Below are positions 55,930 through 64,000 of a stretch of DNA of 64,000 bases, one piece after another. Source of the DNA: Camelus ferus. Its lineage: Eukaryota. Where the stretch lies: contig NC_045697.1 in NCBI RefSeq assembly GCF_009834535.1, positions 107,572,001 through 107,636,000 of the forward strand, read 5' to 3'. Below the pieces are notes generated by a model that did not search any database, was not told the DNA's origin, and worked only from the letters and a program-made list of their open reading frames with translations. Made by a program: the position numbers and the translations under genes. The first letter of the stretch is position 1. The number at the start of each line of letters is the position of its first letter.

Positions 55930-57540
55930 CCTGTGGTAGACAGCTTGCAAAAATGTCCCCATTTCTTTATCTTTCCCTTTGCCCGCACACTTTGTAATGT
56001 AACTTAGCATCTCTTCCAACAAGAGGTGGTTCCCTCCCCCATGACGTTGGGCTGGCTTTGGGATTTGCTTAGGCCCATAGAATATGGCAGAAGTGAATTC
56101 CAAGTCTAGACTTCAAGAGGCCTTTTTTCTTCATTCAGTTTGTTCTCTTGGAAGCCTTCCACCACCATGTACACAAATCAAGGTGAGCCCAGCAGACAAT
56201 GAGACAGTCTATGAAGGAAAGACCAGTTGTCCCTGTTGAGACACGCCCATGGCCAGCCAACCCCCAAATGTGTGAAAGGACCCAATCAGGACCAGCACTA
56301 CTGCGTATCTGACCAACAGCTGACTGCAGACACATACGTGACCCAGCCAAGACCAAAACTGCTGCCCAGCTGGACTCTGAACTCATAAGCTGTAAGAAAT
56401 GCTTCATGTTTTATGCCCCTGAGGTTTTGTGATTGGTTGTTATGCAGCATGTGCTGGCTTTGGATACCTGGGGAATCCATTGCTGAAACAGAGGTGCAAA
56501 AAGTATATCAGAGCATCACACGTGTGAAAGGAACAGGAGAGACAGAAATTTGATCAAGGGGAGCTGTCATACCTCTGTGCAGACCTGACAATGCCTCTGC
56601 TGGTTGGGTGGTGTAAATCGCTGGGCCCTTGAGTCACCACCTTACTTAGTCATTGGCTCAGGCTGCTTGAAAGCTGAGGCAGACACTGAAGGAGCTACTG
56701 TTGGCTTACCACATTCCTTGTAATTGGGCAGCGAGAGCTTTCTAGAAGGGAGCGGCACACCTCTGTTTCTGCCACAGTGTGGTCCTTGCACCATGCAAAT
56801 CCTCTCCGTCCACGTCCAGCTCAGGTTACCCTCCGTCACTGCAGTTGGTTCCGAGCCTTCACTAATACTCAGAGCCTCCCTTCTCCACCATCCATTCTCA
56901 ACTCCTCTTGCCCTCAGCTACCACCTCTGCTGGTCTTGGTGGCTTACCTGGTGGTATGACCCACACTTTCATTACTCACCTATCTTAGCCCCAGGAATCA
57001 CATCCTTCTCAGGCAGGGTTGCTTCACTTGTCTGTTCAACAGTTACAATTGATCAAAGGAGAATCAGGAACCAAGGAGCACCCAGGTGAGTCATCTGAGT
57101 TATGTACCTATGCCTCCCCTGTTCCCACTGCATGAAATCAGCCTTACCTCCCGCTGTCCATCTGAATGAATTACCCCTGCCAAGATAATCATTCTTCTCA
57201 CCTGCTGGTCCCTGGCCCCAGAGAGCTCAAAGTGCCCCGATGGCAGCCATAGTTTGTAATTCAACTGGACCCATGCCATGTCCTCTTGTGAGAACATGTC
57301 CCCATTGACAACAAGAACCTCTAATGCTATAGAGCCCAAGAAGCGTAACTCAGTAGGTCATTGGGAGTGGTGGTCAGTGGGGCCACTCCTGCTTCTACTC
57401 AGTTCCAGATCCATATATTCTTCTGATTAGAGATACACCACCATAAAAAGAAGAATCCCTGATACAATGTATACTGCATTCTGGAGGATTAAGCCCCATC
57501 TTCACAAGGTATTGCCTCCAACTTTGTTCTTCAGCTATGC
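55930..57540. mobile_element. MaLR/ERV-L LTR plus an internal fragment with a dUTPase-like remnant (57100-57339, -)
   Basis: QLNYKLWLPSGHF...ILAGVIHSDGQREVRL resembles the ERV-L/MaLR LPPGHFG...AGVIDPDYQGEI motif. Confidence 0.7.
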
Positions 57541-58155
57541 CGTCTTTCAGCAAGAATATATATATGAATATATATGAAACTAGAGGTAAGAAGCATAATA
57601 TGTAATATATAAGAGCTTTTTAAATTAAGTACTATTTCATCCATCAAAAACAAATCCATAAAATATATGAGCATAAAATTCAGATTCCCCCAAAATCACA
57701 TTCATGGCAACAAGCGATTATTATTAGTCCCTCTCTTCAAATAAAAATGAAGCCTATATTACAAAATCAAGACCAGGGTTCTCAGGAGCTGTAGCTTCAG
57801 GTTCAAAATATGATAAAATATATGGAAGTGTCAAAAATGAGAATTCATTTCCTGTTGGAAGAACATTTTTATTCAAACTCTTGACACATCTGCAAAAGAA
57901 AAATGTTAGTGGTTTATATACAATGACCTAGAGCGTCTAATGTCCTTGGGCCAGGTCAAGCTGTAATCTTTTCCTTTGCTCCTTCTTTCTCTTTATTCCT
58001 GCCCGCATTTTGACTTCTCAAAAATATCACCTTTCCCTCCTCTTTCCTTCTTTCTTTCAGTTTGTTTACATTTCTTTCACTTTTTTCTCCTCAGAACTCT
58101 CTTTGGTTTTCTTCACTGCTCTGTGCCTCGGTTTTCTCATCTCTAAAACAGGAAT

Positions 58156-58156
<1 letters not shown>

Positions 58157-58188
<32 letters not shown>

Positions 58189-58190
58189 CA
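58157..58190 (+). repeat. (CAT)n microsatellite (another at ~45289-45306)
   Basis: Direct. Confidence 0.9.
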
Positions 58191-58824
58191 ACTATCTCAT
58201 GAGGGAGCTGTGAAGATTAAAATGAGCTAATATATTATGTTAGGTGGCTGGGGCTAGCATAACAAAGTACCACCGACTGAGAGGCTTAAATAACACAAAG
58301 GTGTTGTCTCACAGTTCTGGAGGCTGGAAGTCCAAGATCAACATGTTGGGAGGGTCAGACTCCCCCTGGAAGCCCTAGGGAAAAATCTTTTCAAGACTTC
58401 TTTTCTTATTTTAGGCAGTTCTTTGGCTTGTGCAGCAAAACTCCAGTCTTCACATGGTATTCTTCCTGTGTGCATGTTCTGTGTCCAAACTTCCCCTTTT
58501 TATAAGGACACTAGTCATATTGGATTAGAGGCTCACCCTCCTCCAGTGTGACCTAATCTTAACTAATTACATCTGCAGCAACTCTATTCCCAGATAAGGT
58601 CACATTCTGAGGTCCTGGGGCTTTAACATAGGATTTAGGGGCAGGGAACTTACTTCAACTCATAACACATATGTAAAGCACTTAAAAGGATATATTTGCT
58701 TTATAAGTATTTGCTATTATAATTACATGTGTGGAGAACTGTACTGAGGTTGTAACAGTGAATCAGGCACATGTCTGTCACTCAAGGAGCCTATAGCATG
58801 ATAAGATCCATGATAGAGGTGATG

Positions 58825-58959
58825 TAGGGTGACTATTGTCCCAGTTAGCTTGCCCATGACTGGGGGCTGGGGGTGTGGGATGATATTCCTGGGACACAGG
58901 GACTTTTAGTGCAAACACCAGGAAGATCCGGGGCAAATCAGGCCAAGTCAGTCACTCTA
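58825..58959. mobile_element. MER96-like hAT MITE
   Basis: TAGGGTGAC ... GTCACTCTA inverted ends. Confidence 0.6.
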
Positions 58960-59223
58960 GAGATGAACAAGATGGGAGGATAGAGGATCCAAGAGGAAAC
59001 ATAGGAGAGGCAAAGCTTGCACCCCCCCCCCCCAATATCTGTTATCTCCTTGGCATTTGGTAGTCAAGAACAAGATCTACATTCTCCAGTGTCCAATGGC
59101 ACTAGGCACAGCCATATGACCAGATTCTGGCCAATGGGAAATGGTGTGCATAACTTTAAAGAAATACATTAAAGGGAAGGGACGTGCTCTTCTTCACACC
59201 TTGTCTTTGTTGACTAGAATTTG

Positions 59224-59761
59224 TGAAATAGGAAAGGAGGGCACAACCATTAAAGAAATGACATGGTAATTAGCACCAAGATGGCAGAGAATTCAACTCA
59301 AAGTAGACCCTGAGGCCCAAGATGAAGGTAGATTTGACATCCAGTAGACCTTGAGCTTCATTATATACTCATTGTAATATGTTAGCACGGTAAATGACAC
59401 TTCCAAGGCTGACCATAAAAGGTCAAAAAGAGGGCAGTGGCCCCATTCCTAGGGATCCCAGCTCCTTCCTCAAAGTAGTTGGAATAATCCTCCCACTTGT
59501 TAGCTTATGAAATCACCAAGCCCATAAAACCTAGCAACACCATGCTTTGTGGCATCTCACTTCCTCTCCTTTGGAAATGGCCTGCACTCTGTCTGTGGAG
59601 TGTGCACATCTCTGAATAAATCTACTTTTACTCAACTATGGCTCATTCTTGAATTCTTTCTTGCATGAATCCAAGGACCCTCACTTGATGGGGCATGTCT
59701 CAGTGACTCACCTGAAACCTGGGACATGACTATCCTCTTGGGCCCCTATTTTCCTATATCA
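59224..59761 (+). mobile_element. ERV solo LTR (538 bp) nested in an older MaLR LTR
   Basis: TG...CA ends with inverted termini TGAAATAGGAAA / TTTCCTATATCA, TATA-like CCCATAAAA, internal AATAAA, 4-bp flanks TTTG/TTTA. Confidence 0.75.
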
Positions 59762-62700
59762 TTTAGGTGTAATGTCTGGAACTGGATCAGCCGTCTTTAA
59801 CAACAGATATTAAGGAACTAGAAACCAGGACCCCTGATGATCATGGAGAAGGCATACCTATCAGATCTCATACATCTGGACTTCATTTACATGAGAAGTA
59901 AAGTACTTTTAAAGATATGATTATTTTGGGTTTTCTGTCACGCAGTTAGTATAATCCCAACTGTTACAGACATTGAACTCTGTCTTAAACAGTCATGAAA
60001 GGAGGTAAGAGGGGAGAAAATAGAAATCCCTCTGAATAGAAGAAACATTATATGTAGAGGCTTGCAAGCAAAAAAGAGTCTAAAATAACTTTTGATTTCA
60101 CAATAGCGTGAACTAAATATTCAGGAAAAGGTGTTTCTATTATAAAATACCCCTACAATTCTGCTTCCAATTCCAACGTGTGAGATTTTCCCCATGTGTT
60201 TCCCATGTGAGGTGTTTTCTCAGACACCATCTTGTGTCCTACAATTCAACTCAATTCTGATACTACTTGCGTTACCAAACTCAAAGTTGGGTCCACTTGC
60301 CAGTGCACAGTAAGGCTGTGGTGAAGGAAAATGTAATGTTTACTGTAAGGCGCTGTATAAGGATTTTGGGACAGCTAGTGCTCAGAAAGCCCAGCTAAAT
60401 AGAGTACTTTTTGAATCCATAATGTCTTGAAAATTAGTGAAATACGATTATACAAAATCTGTGCTTAAAATTTAGCCAGTGTGTGTTGAGCCTCTACTAG
60501 GTGCTCTCTGGGGGACACAGAAGTAATTAAAGCAGACACAGCTCCTCATGGCTCCTCCTCACGACTCTATCTCTTTGTCCCCCTCCTTTGCCTGTGTCCC
60601 ACATGTTCAATCAGACTGTAGCCTCACATGCCGTCCCAAGGATCAAGTACATAATATAAAGGAGAAAGACAATAGAATCTGGGAAGATGGAGATGAATGA
60701 GAGATTTCACATCCATCAAACAGGGGCAGCAGGAACTCAGCAGGGATGTGGGACAAGTATTGCTATGTGTTCTGATTATGAGAGAGCCCAACTGAGTACT
60801 CAAATCAACAGTTCACGGAAAGGGATCTTAGGGCCAATGTGAAGAAGTCTATTACCAGATACCCCGTCAAAAGCAGAGCCATGCCAGAAAGGGAAACCAC
60901 AGGGACAGGGGAGGTATGGTTAGGGACCACAGGAGCTGAACACAGGGATACCCAAACTAGACCCCAGACAAAGCCCTGAGCAATAAATCTAGGTATTGTG
61001 TGCAATGGATGCAGAGAAAATGCAGTAAAAAGAAAGGTCAGGGTCTTTGCGTGCAATCATAGGAATGCTGGGTTTGGCCTTGCTAGAGGTGGATTTTATC
61101 AGGCAGGGCTTCCTATGAATGTCCTTTCCAGTCTTATCACTCCTGCTTCTCTGCATGGAAGAGCAACTGCACAGGATCACTGGCCGGTCTCTGAACAGGC
61201 CCTGACCTGACCCTGGAAAACAGCGATGCCAACGCTCAGCCTTGAGCACCTCCCTGCCCTCTCCAGCTGCAGACATCCTCCACATCTTCCCGGCTCAATT
61301 AGAGATGCAACCTTCCCTGGGAAGCATCTCCTGAACCCCCTCCTCTCCCCAGTCTTCATGCTGTTTCTCTTCTGTTTGGCTCCCATGCCACTTTCTACCT
61401 CCCCTTGTGAACACTTCATATTTGTAGATGCATCCCATTCACCCATATATTATTACCAAGTGCTCTTACCAGGTGCTCTCTATACCCCAAGAAAATAAAA
61501 AATTGTAATATTACTCTATGCTTTATATCTTAATATTACATTTTATAATCTTACATCTTAACAGTCTATGCCTTTGCTATGAAGTGTGGTCCTTTGACCA
61601 GCGGCATCAGCATTACTTGATGGCATATTTAAATACAGAATATCAGCTCCACCCCAGACCTACTGAATCAGATTCTGTATCTTAATAAGATCCCCATGTG
61701 ATTCACATGTGGAATTTGAGAAGCACTGTTCTGTGCACTCACAAGCCCAGTCCTCTTGCATTTCAGTGATAAAAATGTCTAACTTTAATCTTTTGATACC
61801 ACTGCTTGTAGTTTTCTGGTATTATTAATTAGACTGGAAACTCCACCAGAACGGGACCTGTGTCTGCCTAGGTCATGACTGTATTCTTAGTGCCCAAGCT
61901 GGGTACTTAGTAGATCCTCAGTAACCAGTTTGGTTAAATAAGTAAGCGAGTATTGGCAGAAAACAGATATTTTAATGGTAACAAGAAAATATGGTAAAAT
62001 GACAGCCATTGGTTTGCTTTCGTTTAAGTCATACTTTAAAAATAAGTCAGATTTGTAGGTATGGGTAATGTTCTTGAATTGTTCTGAACTGAAATTCAAT
62101 GCTAATGTTTTTTCTATTATATTAAAGTCAATGCCAAACGCATTATTAAAAATAACTAGGCAGGAATTAATTTCCATTTTTTCCCCAGAAGAGTACAAGG
62201 AGCATTTAGCTCTTTCAGTTTAAAGCATCTGAATGCTTTCAAGGGTGTAATAGAAATCAAAGGCAAATTTTTTATTTATTTCTGTTTCTCAAATCAAGAA
62301 GCTGTTGGCTGACAGAAGGAAATGCTCCCACAGGTGAAGCATTCCAGTCACCTAGGGGAGAAAGGAGAAATGCGTCTTGTGTAAAGACCTGGACTCGGTC
62401 AATTTTAATTTCATTTCCTGAAGTTTCTCTTCCAATTGGTGTTTATTTGCAAAACTTGTTATGTATGGAATCCTGATTGTGCTTTCCTCTAATTTTGCTT
62501 TCAGAAGACAAACATTTTTGCTTATCTTTGCTTATGTAGCCTCTCAATAGCAATTGTCAGAATTCTCCCTCAGCAACAAACCCACCACACTGACCTCAGC
62601 CAGACCAAAAATGTCTTACACAGAGCGTGTCTTATTCCGCACACTCTGAAGGGAATGCTCGACTTCAGCAGTTCTTAGAGCTAAATATCATGAGTCAACC

Positions 62701-63135
62701 AGTGAGAATGGCACACTGTATGACCTTCAGCACTTGGGCTTCTTTTATAGCCTGACTGACCAGCCTCCACTGCCTGCTGCTCCTGTCCCCACCCCTGTGC
62801 GTCAGTCATACTCAGCTTGTCACTGTCCCCAACACACCCTTCCCTGTAATGTCTCCACCTTGGGATATGATGTCACTTCAGCCAGAGTCAGCAAGAATGC
62901 AGAGAGAATATGGGCTTTGGGGCAAACCCAGATTCACTTCCTTATCCTGTGATTTTGAGCAAGTTAATTAATTACTCGGAACTATACTAACCAGAAAAAG
63001 AAGAGATAGCAATACATAGGGGTTAGGACTATTATAAGGACTAAGTGAAAACACAGTAATAGTTAACATTTAATGAGCACTTACTATGTGGCATTATTGT
63101 GACAAGTGCCTACATTATCGGAATTAATTCTTTTT

Positions 63136-63209
63136 GAATTAGAGTTAACTCCAGATATATTCCCAGGAGTGGATCACATGGTAAGTCTACTTTTAGTTTT
63201 TTGAGGAAT
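63136..63209 (-). mobile_element. 74-bp internal L1 ORF2 fragment with TSD
   Basis: ATTCCTCAAAAAACTAAAAGTAGACTTACCATGTGATCC...CTGGGAATATATC on -. TSD GAATTAATTCTTTTT at 63121-63135 and 63210-63224. Confidence 0.8.
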
Positions 63210-64000
63210 GAATTAATTCTTTTTTTATCAGCAGGATGCCTACCCTTTTAGTAGTCCTTTCCATATGTGAAGTGACAAGTTTTTTCATATACCTATCTTA
63301 TACCCTAAATTATTAGATCCTTGAGGACTAGGAAATTACCTTCTATTGCTCTTGAAATCAAGCAAACATGACACTGATGCAAAGCGGGGGCTCAATGAAT
63401 GTTTATTTAATGACTGATAGTGTGGAATTATTAATATTTTGGCTATTCTGCACTGTCACCTTCTTTCTCCAAGTCTCACGTGTTCATCTACTAAAAATAA
63501 TACTTACCTTGCAGAGTTATAATATGCCACAAAAAGCCACTTAAATGCATCTTGTTAAGTGAAAGAAGCCAGTTAAAAAAGTCTACATATCATTTGATTC
63601 CAATTCTATGACATTCTGGAAAAGGCACAATTATGGAGACAGGAAAAGGATCAGTGGTTTCCAAGGGTTTGAGGGAGGGAGGGAGGATGAGTAGGTGGAG
63701 TACAGTGGATTTTTAGGCAAGTGAAACTATTTTGTATGATATAAATGTAACTATTCATCACAACCCATAGAATGTACAATATTATACATTTGTCAAAACT
63801 CATAGGCTGTACAACATACAATGTAAACGCTAATGTAAACTGTCTGAACTGGGTGTTGAAAATAAGCAGGTATTAATCAGGCAAAGAAGAAGGGAGGGTG
63901 TAAGAAGAGACGTCCAGGCATGGTCAAAATAGTTGTGAACACCATATTCAGGGAATTAGAAGTAGTTACATATTGCTGAGAACAAGGGAAAGGGTCTATA

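Noticed and set aside
57100..57339. dUTPase-like ORF as a domesticated gene
   Set aside because: It is short, its motifs are degenerate, and it is embedded in a decayed MaLR/ERV-L internal sequence.

Overview
Mammalian genomic DNA, most likely camelid (tRNA-derived SINEs of the type I recognise as camelid Vic-1). The window covers the CpG-island promoter and first coding exon of SH3D19 on the - strand (51471-51582). Everything to its left appears to be SH3D19 intron 1. Two tandem trypsin-family (S1A) genes sit on the + strand inside that intron. (1) PRSS48 (21320-27887) has six exons with canonical splice sites, an intact His/Asp/Ser triad and Asp189. It stops directly after the catalytic domain because an apparent 1-nt insertion moves the hydrophobic anchor-like tail out of frame. 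(2) An upstream paralog (7449-11099) has all three catalytic residues and the activation site replaced, yet keeps most cysteines and the hydrophobic tail. It also carries two frameshifts and a dead splice donor. The two genes share a highly similar ~300-bp promoter/exon-1 block although their protease exons are very divergent. There is a second CpG-rich, promoter-like region at ~40950-41600. The rest is transposon-rich (L1, L2, MIR, MaLR, ERV LTR, DNA MITEs) and includes a twin-primed L1 and an apparently internally primed L1 insertion. Gene and repeat names come from memory of the families, not from database searches. Repeat boundaries without TSDs are approximate.
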